A stretch of 64,000 nt of DNA from Podarcis cretensis (taxonomy: Eukaryota). The translations under genes were made by a program, and so were the position numbers. Below are positions 13,350 to 25,662 of this stretch, piece after piece (the first letter of the stretch is position 1; every line of letters begins with the position of its first letter). The stretch is from assembly GCA_951804945.1 (NCBI GenBank), contig OX638155.1:61814001-61878000 (forward strand), read 5' to 3'. The notes beneath the pieces are model-generated. The model did not search any database and was not told where the DNA came from. It worked only from the letters and a program-made list of their open reading frames with translations.

Positions 13350-13918
13350 TAGGGATGGGCAAAGCCTTTCACTTTCACTTTCACTCTGTTTCTCCTGTTT
13401 AAGTTCACTTCATTATATCTCCACATTAGTTTGTGATTTTTTAAAAAAATAATCATGAAAATTCATAAGCATTTCAGTGGGAATTTCTCTCTAATATACG
13501 CAGCTTTGAAAAGCAATTTGTCCTAATACATTGGTCTTCCACTAGTGCATTGGGACCAACTAGTGGGACACTACCTGATCCAAGGTGGGTCACAAGTAGA
13601 GCACTACCAACATGTAAATATATGGTAAAATGTTTTTAAAAAATGGGTCCTCAAATGCATGTTTGGGTTAAAAGTGGGTCTGCAATAATTGAAGATACCT
13701 TCTCTAATATAATGCATTTTGCATGCTATTTTTATGAAGATATGTATTGTTATGCACACTTAACTGAGTATACTTGGCTGGAGAACTGTATTGCAAAATT
13801 CAGAGAAGTGAAAATTTCAAGAATGGCTGCATTGTAATTCAAATATTGTTTTGGAACATGCAAATTTGGTAAAGTCATTGTTAAATGCAAACTAAATCAA
13901 AGTTCTGCTCCGTCCCTA
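13350..13918. mobile_element. hAT MITE containing a nested hAT MITE
   Basis: TIR TAGGGATGGG...TCCGTCCCTA; 8-bp TSD CTCCAGGG/CTACAGAG; related copy ~24312-24682. Confidence 0.7.
13529..13701. mobile_element. Nested hAT (Charlie-like) MITE
   Basis: ends CATTGGTCTTC...GAAGATACCTT; approximate TSD TCCTAATA/CTCTAATA; segment absent from the sister copy at ~24.5 kb. Confidence 0.6.
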
Positions 13919-15853
13919 CTACAGAGGAACAATAGTCACTAAGGTTTCATCTTATCCTATCCATAAAGGAATTATCAGGAACTTGATCACTGCTTTCAAG
14001 TCCCCATTTAGAAATAGGCTTATTGTGAGGGATATTTCCCTTTCTGGACCTCACCCTCCACAAGAGTAGTAAGAACAAAGGGGAAGAGAGTTTTACCTAT
14101 CATTGGAGCACCCAGTATGACACTGGATATGTCAAAAAGACATATTTGCATATCATTAAGAGTGACAGATTGCTGGCTACTGTGTAATTTGGAAAGAGGT
14201 ATTTGATGAAGTAGCAGGCATTGTAGCTTTTTCTTATAGTGAAATAGAAAGCCAATGAATACAAAAAAGAGACATCTGTAAGTAACTGTAGGTTGGCCAT
14301 GTGCGGCCTATATATAGCCACCATTATTTCAGCTTTGCCTATTTGCATTTTACCCATCATCAAAATGGTCCTATTGATTGTAAATCATTTTTCAACTCAA
14401 GAGAGCTTTAACTAGAGTGAAATGAAACCACTACTGTTGCTTCTAAATAAACCCTTTTCTGCCAGAAACTTGTAAGTGGTCAAAGGGGGAATTAGTGCCT
14501 AGTTAGAAATTAAGTTCTAATCAAAAGTCCATGTTGTATTCAGCCAGAATGCCAGGGTTAATAGCTTTTCTCTTGCATAAAGTGTATTTGCATCTTTAAT
14601 GACAATTTGACAGGAAGTTTTCAGTGCTACATGTTGTAGAACAGAGGGCTGATAACATTGATGGATCATTGGGAACAAGGTTACAATAACTTTCACTGAG
14701 ATTAAGGCTGTGGTGTTGAAATCTGCTCCTGAGAAAGATGTCTCCATTTTTCTGCCTCATTCTCATGATTTCTTTAAACTTCATGAATGCAGACTTTTGA
14801 GTTTACCTGATCATTGTGCAGTTCTCAGGAGCCTCCCTAACTACTCACACTTCCCAATATGAAAGAAGTCCAATGGGAGTAGTTATTGCAAGATGTCACT
14901 CCAGGGCTTTAAGTGTAGTGCACCTGAGAAGGTTGAGAGACGAAAGACCACTAGTGAGATGGTGCGCTGAATGAATGAAAGGTTGCTGGTGGCTCCTTCA
15001 CAAGCACCTTCCACACAAGGAAGGCACTTGTGAAGCAGTGCCGAGCAAGGTTGAAACCTTCTGCTTGCAGTGTGGCTAAGAAAGGGGCATGAGATGCAGC
15101 TTCTCCTTCTCCCACATCCCTCATAACTATATGTACAATTAGGGTTTTAAAACCCTAATTAATATTAGCCTTACCCCAGGTCTGGATCTGGGGAGATGTT
15201 CTGGATTTGGGGAGATGTTCCCCAGGATAGCACAGTTCAGGGACCCTGTGCTGACAGGGGTGGGGGGCTGTACACAACCTAATATTGAGGGGTTTCATTT
15301 TGTGAGGAAGTAGCACAATTCTAGACAGACCATTTCATTGGCCTTAGGAAACTGGGGGGGGGGGTGCGTTTTCTCGTAGCACTCCATTTTTTAACTGGCA
15401 CACCACAGACACAACACCAGTGAACCACAGGCTGAGATTAGACATTGAATCTTGAGGAAGGGAAATGGTCCACCATCAGATAACAAGCAGTGAAGCAGAA
15501 GCTCCCCCATCCTGTTTCATTCCAAATGATGATGAACGCTTGGAGAGCACCTCTTCCCGTATCTCTCTTCCCTGCTTTCTGAGAGGCTTGATTAGTATGT
15601 GAGGTACAAATATGACCCTCTCTTGCTTGTTATCTTTTCAAAGAGCACAAATGTTTTTCATTTGCTGTGTTTTCCCTTGAGGGACATTTTGTAACTTGAT
15701 TCTGAACAGCAATGCCTATTTGTAATATCATTAACGGTGTCTGCATTTAAAAAAAATATCTTCTGTTTCTTTGTCCTTTAAAATAGCAGACATGGCTAAA
15801 TAAGCACGTTCTTCTTCTTTCAGCTTCACACAAGCTCATTTGCTATAGTTAAG

Positions 15854-16214
15854 GTAGGTAGCCGTGTTGGCCTCACGCATTTGAAATAATTTAAAAAAAT
15901 AATAATTGTCCAGTAGCACCTTAGAGACCAACTAAGTTTGTTCTGGGTATAAGCTTCCGTGTGCATGCACACCTCTTCTGATACCTGAGGGTGATGGACT
16001 TCCATTTCATGTGGCTCAATGAGATGCCTTCCATGATTCAAGATTCAGGTAGGTAGCTGTGTTGGTCTGACACAGTCAAAATTAATAAAAATAAATAAAA
16101 AATCGTGAGGTTGATGGACTTCCATTTCATGCAGCTCTGAATAAGTGTGCATGCACACGAAACCCAGAACAAACTTAGTTGGTCTCTAAGGTGCTACTGG
16201 ACATTCCCCCCGAC
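15854..16214. mobile_element. Penelope-like retroelement remnant with inverted pLTR pieces
   Basis: 14-bp TSD TTGCTATAGTTAAG (15840-15853/16215-16228); GTAGCCGTGTTGG..TCCAGTAGCACCTTAGAGACCAACTAAGTTTGTTCTGGG is inverted at 16163-16203; hammerhead motifs on both strands. Confidence 0.88.
15946..15985 (-). ncRNA. Degenerate minimal type-I hammerhead ribozyme motif of Penelope pLTR
   Basis: minus strand GGUAU CAGAAGA G GUGUGC AU GCACAC GGAA GC UU AUACC; stems I and II perfect, core has two substitutions. Confidence 0.7.
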
Positions 16215-16378
16215 TTGCTATAGTTAAGTTATTCTTCATCAACCAGTCCTGCCTTTCTGTCCCTCATTTTGCTATCCTGATACTTGAATAATCCTCCTCT
16301 ATCACCATCCTTAAGAAAAGTGTCGTCTTCATGCATTTCAGCATGCTCTTCTTACCTAAGACACAATCCTATGTCGAC

Positions 16379-16683
16379 TAGAGTGGCTACTCATATGTCC
16401 TCCCACGCCCCAATAAAAGCATAACCCAAACCAGGACACTAATCTGCATACAATTTGCATATGCTAATTAATATATGAACCTGAACTTTGATAGGATTAC
16501 TATAATTTAAATAAAAACACACAGTGTATCAACCATGGCATGGGAGGCAATGACAAGATGTGGCCTCTGTGCCTGCTCAGTCTGCTTTCCAGGTGCCTCA
16601 TATTTCAATTGGAAACCCCTTCAAATAGAGTTCAGTTACAAATAGAGACTGCCTTCTGTAAAGGAGGACACATGGCCACTCTA
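16379..16683. mobile_element. hAT-like MITE
   Basis: ends TAGAGTGGCT..ATATGTCCTC / GAGGACACATGGCCACTCTA; TSD only 5/8 (ATGTCGAC/CTGCCTAC). Confidence 0.6.
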
Positions 16684-16694
16684 CTGCCTACTCA

Positions 16695-16850
16695 AAGGTA
16701 ATTCGTCCTGAATTCAGTGGGGTTTACTCCCAGGTAAATGTTTAGCATTGTAGTCTTACAGCACAATCCTAACCATGTCCCCTCAGAAGGAATTCTTGCT
16801 GAATTCACTGGGGTTTACTTCCAGGCAAGTGAGGTTAGTATTGCTTCTTT
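16695..16850. mobile_element. Two adjacent copies of an ~85-bp hairpin repeat
   Basis: GCACAATCCTAACC...GAATTCACTGGGGTTTACTTCCAGG..GGTTAGTATTGC; relatives at ~8560, ~46680, ~48025, ~57135. Confidence 0.6.
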
Positions 16851-17039
16851 AATTGCCATATCCTCTAGGTATATTTTTGTCCCCTTTATTCTCTTTTTGG
16901 GTGTGTGTGTGTGTGTGTGCTATGTGTGCCATAAATGTGAAGGCAGCTGAGATTTCCACACAACATGGAACATTATCTCTGTGCACTTGGCCGCTGTCTC
17001 TCTACACATCCAGCATCTAAGTGGTCTACCTCAGGTTTT

Positions 17040-17451
17040 CAGGGCCATCTTTATAGTTCCGATGCGCCTGAAGCGAGAGGAGATAACAGCAAACCAAACA
17101 GGGTCAGAGTTGCCTAACAGAGGGGGGTTTGTGGAGGGCTTTTTTTAATTTGAATAAAAAATGAAGCTTTAACACTTCAGTACAGAGGAAAGGTGTTAGG
17201 CGAAGAACCTCTCTGTGTCACGATGTTTGGCAGTGATGCTATTAACGTTACTGATGTGCCATGTGTAGTAAGCCAGAGGCACAAAACTGCATCTGTATGG
17301 GCAACACCGGCAGACATTTTACATTTAAAGGGACAGAAGTGACTTTTGGTGGGAGACAAATGAGCTCAAAGAATACTTGCCCCTATCCGTGCCCCTTCCA
17401 TTTGGTGTCCCAAGTGGACACTTGTTTAGAGTTCCCCTAAGGCTGACCCTG
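17040..17451. mobile_element. Probable hAT MITE
   Basis: TIR-like CAGGGCCATCTTTA...TAAGGCTGACCCTG; TSD weak. Confidence 0.45.
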
Positions 17452-18922
17452 CAGCTAAAGTATGTACAGAACAAGCCTGCCTACTGTATGAAAAGGAGGA
17501 CCAGAGGGTTCAGGCCCCTAATCAACAATGACATTTCTGTTTCCTGACACTGCAGAATGAGAAACAAGGGGTCATGCAACCTAGGAAACTCAAATGCAAA
17601 CCTGCCAATTAAGAAAAACTTATAGTTAGAAGGAATGTCACAAGAAGGGAGACACAAACACACATTAAGGGGGAAGGGAAGCACTTGTAAGGATGAGTTA
17701 GAAAAATAAGCCCAAGAAAGGAGGGGGTAGAAAGTGCATGTAAATGCACTTCGCACAGCTTGAAATGATGGTCTGTACTGGTTAAATGTGTTCATTGTGC
17801 TCAGGCGGCAAAACATGCTAAATGTTAACAGAGGGTGCAGCTGTACAGATATTTAATTTGCTGAAAGTGCATTTATTAATTGCTCCAGGTTTGCCTTCTA
17901 TCCATCCTTGATAAGCACGTAGAAACCATACAGTTCTGCTGGCACATTCTCTACACATCAGCATGAATTTTCAGTCTGTGAAAATACGTCCTTGAGACAC
18001 AAATATTTAAAAACTTGTTTTAAAATAAATGCTCTTTTATACACAATGACAGGTTTCGATGGGAAATAAGGGCTAATGATTTATCCGTTTGTGTCCTGAG
18101 ATAAACTCTTCAGGTACAGTACACATTAGAATGACAATAAGTACCCAGATCATAAATCTTTTGAAAATACATTTGATCCATCCAAAAATATTACAAATAT
18201 TTGCACACTTGATTTAATGCTTAAAAATAGCTCTAGTGTTAATTACTAAGTGGTTATTGAAGACACTAGAATCTTGGACTGGATGAGAAAAATGTTCCAG
18301 AACAGAATACTCTTACTAGTATTCTGTTTCTTTAGTTGGTCGCTACCAGAAACAATGTACCCCTCAAGGGACCTTTTCAAATAAATGGATGTCCCCAAGA
18401 GCTTAGTGTTTAATTATACACAAGCAGTTGAGAAAAGAACCCAGGAAACATGTGCCAGACATTATGTTCCAGGAAAACTGAATGGAATATGCATTTGAGC
18501 CAGGTGCATTAGCAGAAACTGGCAAATAGTGGGTGGAGCTTTTCTAGAAGCATGGGATGAGCATCTTCCTAACACATGTATGGAAAAATGAGCAATACTG
18601 AGCTAGAATTTGGTAGATACATGGCTGTCATTTCAGCTGGAAAACTCGGCTTGCACAACAGCTGACAACAGTCATGGCAAGCTCTGAAGAAATGCACCAG
18701 CAGGAACGCCAGACTGGCTTTTCTCACCACCATGGTCACCATCTGCTTCCCCGACCTTCTTCTTCCTCATCAGTGCCGTCACTTGCTTGCTTGCCATCTA
18801 CAGACCATCCATTGACCAAAAGTCCCCCAAGTAGCTTTCAGAAGTTCATAGAATACAGAAATATAATACAATCAACGCAAGACTAAAATAAAAAAGATAG
18901 AACAGAAAGAAGGCTTCCCACC

Positions 18923-19069
18923 CAGTGCTTTTTTTCTTAAAAAAAATGTTTAGGGGTACTCTCATTTTCCTACTCATCTTCAAATACTGCCCCTCAATGA
19001 GACCAGACTTAGATTCACAAAATGTTTAGGGGTATGCTTACCCCTGTGTCCCCCCAGAAAAAAGCACTG
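18923..19069. mobile_element. hAT MITE (young)
   Basis: TIR CAGTGCTTTTTTTCT...AGAAAAAAGCACTG; perfect 8-bp TSD TTCCCACC; internal repeat AAAATGTTTAGGGGTA. Confidence 0.92.
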
Positions 19070-21674
19070 TTCCCACCTAACCCAACTTCAAAGAAGGACC
19101 TCTGATGAAGATCTTAACTATGACCTTCTGGGTCCTTTGCAGGCCTTTGGACTTATTCACCATTACATGTACATTACTGGCCACTGAGCATTCCACAATA
19201 CAACATGTTGTTTGTGAGGACATGAACTATATCTGAACCATTTCATTCACACGTGGTGAACACCATGTGTTAGCTGATCCTTAGTCCTGATGAGTATTTC
19301 ATGACTTATCATTGTAAATCTCAGAGTGATTGTAAGAACTGGGATCAGCCAGAGGAGGCTAAGACTAGTGTACTGAAGGACCCAAAGATAAGTTAGAGAA
19401 AAACCTTACAAAATAAAAATAATTTTGCGGGATAGTGTAACAGAATAGAAAGAGGGAGTGACATATGTTGAAGTAAGAATGGTGTGTTCTGACCACATAA
19501 GCCCTGCAAAAGTGAAAATGAATGTCCTGTCATTCTAAACTTAAGTAGCTCCATAGTATTCTGCATACTACACTATGACAGAATGGTGAAAGGCTCTCTG
19601 TCAAAATGCTGATGACATGCAAAGTGCTGATATAAATAGCTGATGATGCACGGTGTGTTGAAATGAATGTTTATTTCAGCACACTGTGCATCCCCAGACC
19701 TTTATTTCATTTGTATGACAGGCTGTGTGTAAAAAAAGAGAAGTTGTATCACAGGCTGCGATTAACCATCCTCTGGTTAGAAGTGTGGATGCACAACTGG
19801 TGTTCAAGTCTCCCAGAGTCATCCAGTCCAACGTATCTGTCGTGGAGAGGATATTGGCAATGCTGCCACAGGTTTATGCATTATAGGAGTTAGGCAGCTT
19901 CATACTACCTTTGAAGAGGGAAGAAAAATACCTTACCAGTTAAGAAAATAATGCAGAACATGTCATTATTCATGGACCCTACATCCTCTCACCAGTGTGT
20001 AACTATGACACTCTTGGGTGCTTGAACTATGGGTGTTTCTGAGCACTGCTGAAAAAAAAGCTGTTAGGGATTTCAAATTCTAGAGCTTAAAATGGATTCT
20101 CTCTCCTAACCCCATCAAGCCACTTGGATAGTGTTGATAAAGGCCCTTTTTACTGCCTTGTTTTATGGCTCAGAGGTAGCCCAGGCTAGTATAGCATAAG
20201 GTATTTTGGTCTGGATAAGGTGTTTACTGTATTGCTTTGAAATTCAGCGTCAACAATTGTCTCTTGCATTTGCATGAAGTTAAGCCAATCCTAGCAATGC
20301 GGAAAGTGTTCAATTTCTCTACTTGTTTCTGTTTTGATTGAAATTGACATCTCCACCTCTGACACTTTAGTGCAAAGTTGGAGTAGAGTCTTAGTTATTG
20401 TAAGAGCATTTGAGGTTTCCAACAAAAGCAGCTAGTGTTCTAAATCTAGTACATATGAGCACTAAACAGCGATGGAGAGGTAGATTGTTGGCAGTTTGGG
20501 TAATGATGATTTACGTAGATTTCCTTTTATTTTAAACTATACCTTCATGGCTCTGGAATTAATATATTTAGATGAAAGCATTACCTAATAATGATGGACT
20601 GCTGGACTCTTAGCATTCACAAAATATTTAAAACTGGGAAATATGGGGCACTGTTTAAAACCCAAGAGGGAACATTCAGTTTTCCAGACACCACTTCCCT
20701 ACATTTTGTGTAGCTATATCTTAATTATTAAAATACTTTAAGACTTACCTCAGTGCATATACTGTCTTCACTTGATACAGAAGTTGGGTGATTTATGCGA
20801 ATCTTAACATCTGGCAATAAGACTGTTCTAATGAGTTACCTTTTTAAAAGTACGTCTGTCTGCTGGAGGGAGCGGGGATGCAATTAGACACATTAGCACT
20901 TCTATGGATTGTTTGGGAGACTTTTCCTAAGGAAAATATGAATGATGCGAGCTGTAAAAAATGTATTAACACCTTTGAAAGATGAGAATCATATGAAATT
21001 AATATTTTTTTACACAAAAGCTACTTGAAGAGAATGTCAGAACTTTTAAGAATAGGAAGTTTTAGCCATATAAATTGTCTCAGAACTGACACCAGCCATC
21101 TTCTACCCTCCCCAGAATTCCAATTGGAAGGTCCTTAGTTTAAAGGTCTCAGGGAAGTTGCTTGCAAAGGAGCCTCTGCAGAATCTGCCCCCCCCCCCAG
21201 CTCTTGGCCAGGAGTAGGGGGAAGGGGAGCAGCAACTTCCTCCCCCGCCTCTCTCCCAACTGTATAGTTGATTAATTTAAATGAATAACTACCTACATGC
21301 ATTTAAAAACTGAATTAAACATAAGCCCCGCCCCAAACTACTTTGGGAACAGATCCATGACAAGTAGTCCCAGCTTAGCCCAGAGTGGGTTGCCCTGATT
21401 TGGGACTCCTGAGTCGAGGCCACTGGGTGCGTGGGGTGGGTGCAGGACTGTTTCTGTGTCTCCCACCCACTTCCAAACTCTACTGAGTGTCCCATTGTCA
21501 AGGCTGGAGAGAGACTGCAGGCCATTCAGAATCAAAGTTATAATTATGATAACCACCAGGTCTGTCAAGCAGGCCCTAGGATAGGCTCATTCACGTAAAT
21601 GAACATAATGCTATATACCAAATTATGCATTTATACTATTAAGCACCAGCATATCCATTTCAGTTATTTTTGTC

Positions 21675-21682
<8 letters not shown>

Positions 21683-21712
<30 letters not shown>
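21683..21712. repeat. (GT)n microsatellite
   Basis: direct tandem repeat. Confidence 0.95.
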
Positions 21713-21717
<5 letters not shown>

Positions 21718-22088
21718 GTTGGAAATTATGGGGAGGAGCAATGAAAAGTTCTTACTACATTGTAATAGTGAAAGCATGGTTGTAAAAAGTTAACACTGCA
21801 CTGAGGTTGAAGATGTCACCTCAAAATAAACTCCTAATTAGGAAATGCAATTCTAAGTAGTAGGTTTTTTTAAGCCTGGTTTCTAATTGAAACATTGAAT
21901 CTCTTGTGCTTTTTAACAATTTGTAGTTTCAGCTGATTTAAGAATCTTACGTCAGGGTTCTAAGTATGCAATTAGCGTTGGTTTAAATGATGGCAACATG
22001 CTGTAAATAAGATTCTTAATTGTGTTTGCAAGATTAAAATTCAGCCTTGTTGCTCCTGCCCCCTCCCCCTGATCACCACCTTCTTTCT

Positions 22089-22260
22089 NNNNNNNNNNNN
22101 NNNNNNNNNNNNNNNNNNNNNNNNNNNNNNNNNNNNNNNNNNNNNNNNNNNNNNNNNNNNNNNNNNNNNNNNNNNNNNNNNNNNNNNNNNNNNNNNNNNN
22201 NNNNNNNNNNNNNNNNNNNNNNNNNNNNNNNNNNNNNNNNNNNNNNNNNNNNNNNNNNNN
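22089..22260. other. N-run (172 bp), gap or masked sequence
   Basis: seen directly; unique flanks with no splice dinucleotides at the borders. Confidence 0.98.
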
Positions 22261-24164
22261 CAGCTGTGTCCGTTCTGAACAAAAGCCACACACTTACCTA
22301 AGTTTGGGGTGGGGGACGCACTTCAGAACAGATGCCATGAAATATGTAATGAGTTCACAATTCACAATGACGGCAACCCCTTTCATGATGTGGAAACTTT
22401 CCCAAATCACGTCCAAAAGACTTTGAACACTCTGTAAAACTTTTCAGCAGCAGCAGTTGTGATAGCGCTTGTGTTTTTCTTCCCTGGCCCATCGTTGATT
22501 TGAGATAATTTTAAATTAACAGCAAAAATAACATTCATCTAAAAGAGAAGACAGAGGGAAGTGCAGTCACATGGCAATCATGACAAATGACATCTCTCGT
22601 CTGAGAGTCATGTTTCCTCACTAGACTGATTTGTCATCCTCATTTTTGACATTTTTCATCCTGCTATGAAATCACATTGACAGAATAAGATATTTCTACA
22701 CTTAACAGTGGGCTGCGAAAGATGGCTCCTTGCCTCCATTTATTTTTTGTTTTATGGCTACACATTTTGATTTGTAAGCTATTCAGTGCTGAAGTCAGAA
22801 TTCCCTTCCATTTGCAAAATGAAAAGTTCGCGCTGTGCTGCAGTTGAACGGCATAGCAGTGTAGCTGCACTGATACGGCAACGCTCTATGGCGCAAGTGA
22901 AAATGGGCACCAGGTGAATGCTTCACCAAGGAATGAAGTCCCATTCTTAGCTGAGAACAGCTACACACCACATAATAATTTTCTTGACTAATAAGTAATT
23001 CATAGCGTACACTTTCAACATAAATGTATGCTTCTAGTGCTGTTAAGGAAGTAGTGAGAAACAAAAATAGAAAATAATAAATGAATAAAAGACATTATAA
23101 ATACTTCAAATATGATTTAAAACCCATAATTACAAAAAAAGAACAACAAAAAAGAAACAGGAACAGAAATCAGCACTAGTTTGATAGCCAGGAAGCCTTT
23201 TCAAAGAGGGAAAGATTTAAAAATCAAATCTCTCTTAAACCTGTCGCCTGAAGGGATACAGGTCACTTCAGCTCATCTTGCAGAATGTATGGAGTGGCTT
23301 TTAAATCCAATAGCTTCTACTTTGCCCCATGTCCTTTCAGAGCACTCATTCACTTCAAAGGAGAAAGTCCTACTACTGCCCCAAATTCCCACAAAAGGAG
23401 AAAAAAAAATAACCCAGTAGATACCCTAAATATCTCAGAAATCATCAATGGGGACAGCATGTGAAAGGCTCTTCTCAAATGTGCACCATTTGAGTTTGTC
23501 GGTGTCTTTGTCCAAAGTGATACATTTCTCACTGTCATTATACACAATAAGCTGGGAATGCGCTTGCTGAACAAAACTTTTTGTAAAATCTATGCAGTTC
23601 ACCTCTTATTAAGTAAATTGTGAATACCCTAATAATCCCAAGCACCTGTGGCTTGTGGAGTGTGGAAGGCATAGTTTATGCTGAACTTGAGGCTTTTATC
23701 GTGTATCATTTTCTTCCTTCCAACTGCTTCCTGGCTCAGTTTGCTTTTGCTGATGTCTAAAATGAGCTCTAAAAGCATATATAAAGGACTGTAAATAGAA
23801 TTGTCTCTTATGGTCATCTCTGTAATGCTACCTGTGAACTCTTGCAGTTAATTGGACTACAACTGGTGCCAAATCTGTTTGCAGACAGTGGGGTGTAGAA
23901 ACTTACTGCCTCTTTTCAGCATCACCTTTCATTGAATATGTCTCTCCTCAGCTTTTTATCTGAGGGGTTTGAGAGACTGGATCTGAGGAGGAGCAGGTCT
24001 GAAAAGCTGAAGATTATGTCATGGAAATAGTACCAGAGATAGCAATTCCCCAGGGAAAATAGTTAAGAAGCCATAATTAATTCCTTTTTTAAAAAAGGTA
24101 AGAGATGGAAGCCTTGTCATCTGCTGCAGACATCCAGCTCCTTAATCTAAAGTTTGTTTGCAAG

Positions 24165-24240
24165 AGGAGAGTGGCTATAGCTCAGTGGGTTAAGCACAGA
24201 CTTGTATGCTGAAAGCTCAGGGTTCAATTCCTGGCCACTT
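24165..24240 (+). mobile_element. tRNA-derived SINE head
   Basis: A box TAGCTCAGTGG and B box GGTTCAATTCC, without an intact cloverleaf. Confidence 0.65.
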
Positions 24241-24311
24241 TGGTTCTTCCTGTTGCTGCTTTTTGTTTGTTTGTTTGTTTGGTTTTGTTTTAAAAGGCCA
24301 GTTAATTAATG

Positions 24312-24682
24312 GTAGGAGTGGAGGAATCGGACCATTTTGAGGTTGGGGTGTGTGTGTGTGTTTTGGAGCTTCTTATTTCCCCAATCTTCATATCGCTTTG
24401 CTCCATTTCTGCATCAGTTTTCAATTTTTATTTTTAAAGTGTGCATGAAAACTCAATAGCCTTTCTTGCGCACTATTCTAATATACGCCTCTTTTGTATG
24501 CAATTTTGCCTAATATACTGATTTTTGGGGGTGTGCATTCATTTGGAAGTATACTGCAATGTTTGGAGATGTGCAAATTCCAAATGGGAACTGCATTTGA
24601 ATTTCCATATTGGCTTGAGAACTGCAAGTTAGCAAGGCTTTCATTCAAATAGGAACCAAATGAATTTCTCTTCTCTTCCATT
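24312..24682. mobile_element. Degenerate hAT MITE, same family as 13350-13918
   Basis: collinear similarity (CATGAAAA..CTAATATACGC..GCAATTT..CCTAATA..TGCAA..GAAAT/GCAAATT). Confidence 0.55.
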
Positions 24683-24693
24683 CCATTTCTGGT

Positions 24694-24935
24694 CAGGGGC
24701 GTAGCTAGCTGCTCCGGCACCCGGAACGGTGGGGGTGGGTCAATCTGCGCAGGGGAGTCCACCTGGCAGGTGCAAGCCCCACACTGCCGTTTCGGGCAGC
24801 ACAGGGCCCCGAGCCACCCCCTCATTCCTAGGAGAGACGTGTGGTTCAGGTGCGCTGCAGGTCCCGCCCCACGGTAAGTGGCGCCCCCTGTGGTGTGCCA
24901 TTTTGTCACCTCTCACCCCCCTTTCTACGCCCCTG
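24694..24935. mobile_element. GC-rich hAT MITE (young)
   Basis: TIR CAGGGGCGTAG...CTACGCCCCTG; perfect 8-bp TSD TTTCTGGT. Confidence 0.93.
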
Positions 24936-25590
24936 TTTCTGGTTCTTCCTTTCAAAACCGTAAATGGCTTGGGACCCAAGTATTTGAAAGAAGCACCTCC
25001 TCCCATTCCAACCTACCTTTACACAAGGAACCTCAGCCTTTCTCCAGAATCCCCCTTTGCCAGAGATGTGGGTTTGTTTCAGTGGCAGAGAAACCTTCCT
25101 TGGCAGGAACACTCAGACATGTCATGTGATCTTTTCTACCTTTTGGGCACCAGGCAGAAACCTTTTTGCTTACTCAGGCTTTTAAAAAATAAATAAAAAC
25201 AAAACCCACGTTGCTGTACAGTGGTACCTCGGGTTAAGTACTTAATTCGTTCCGGAGGTCCGTACTTAACCTGAAACTGTTCTTAACCTGAGGTACCACT
25301 TTAGCTAATGGGGCCTCCCGCTGCCGCCATGTGATTTCTGTTCTCATCCCGAAGCAAAGTTCTTAACCTAAAGCACTTTTTCTGGGTTAGCAGAGTCCGT
25401 AACCTGAAGCGTATGTAACCTGAAGCGTATGCAACCTGAGGTACCACTGCATTCCATATATTTCAAACTCCCTGACTTTTACTTGTGAGTTTATCTGCTG
25501 CCTGTTTTGTATGTTCTCGTTGTTCTTTTCCTTGTTTTAATATAAGCACATTGAAATTCTATATAAAAAGCATCATATAAATTAATAAAT
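24936..25590 (+). mobile_element. Old L2 3' fragment interrupted by MITEs
   Basis: LVLPFKTVNGLGPKYLKE resembles the L2 ORF2 end seen at 34.2 and 60.5 kb; L2-type 3'UTR resumes after the Tc1 MITE. Confidence 0.6.
25219..25449. mobile_element. Tc1/mariner MITE
   Basis: TIR CAGTGGTACCTC...GAGGTACCACTG; TA on the left, CA on the right. Confidence 0.92.
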
Positions 25591-25662
25591 CATAAAATAG
25601 TGGAGGAATTGATAAGCTAAATGGTCAAAGATGTAATTTGATAGATAAATTGATAGAAAAAT

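Noticed and set aside
19101-19140. CTGATGA hammerhead core
   Set aside because: No stem II or downstream GAAA.
20749-20810. 62-nt minus-strand exon candidate (CCAG|...GAG|GTAAGT)
   Set aside because: Phase incompatible with the 22.3-kb candidate and peptide unrecognisable; chance-level evidence.
24165-24240. Functional tRNA gene (also 57978-58050)
   Set aside because: Degenerate stems and SINE context; called as SINE heads.
24478-25196. Overlapping 143-155 aa ORFs
   Set aside because: Read-through of a GC-rich hAT MITE and an L2 remnant.
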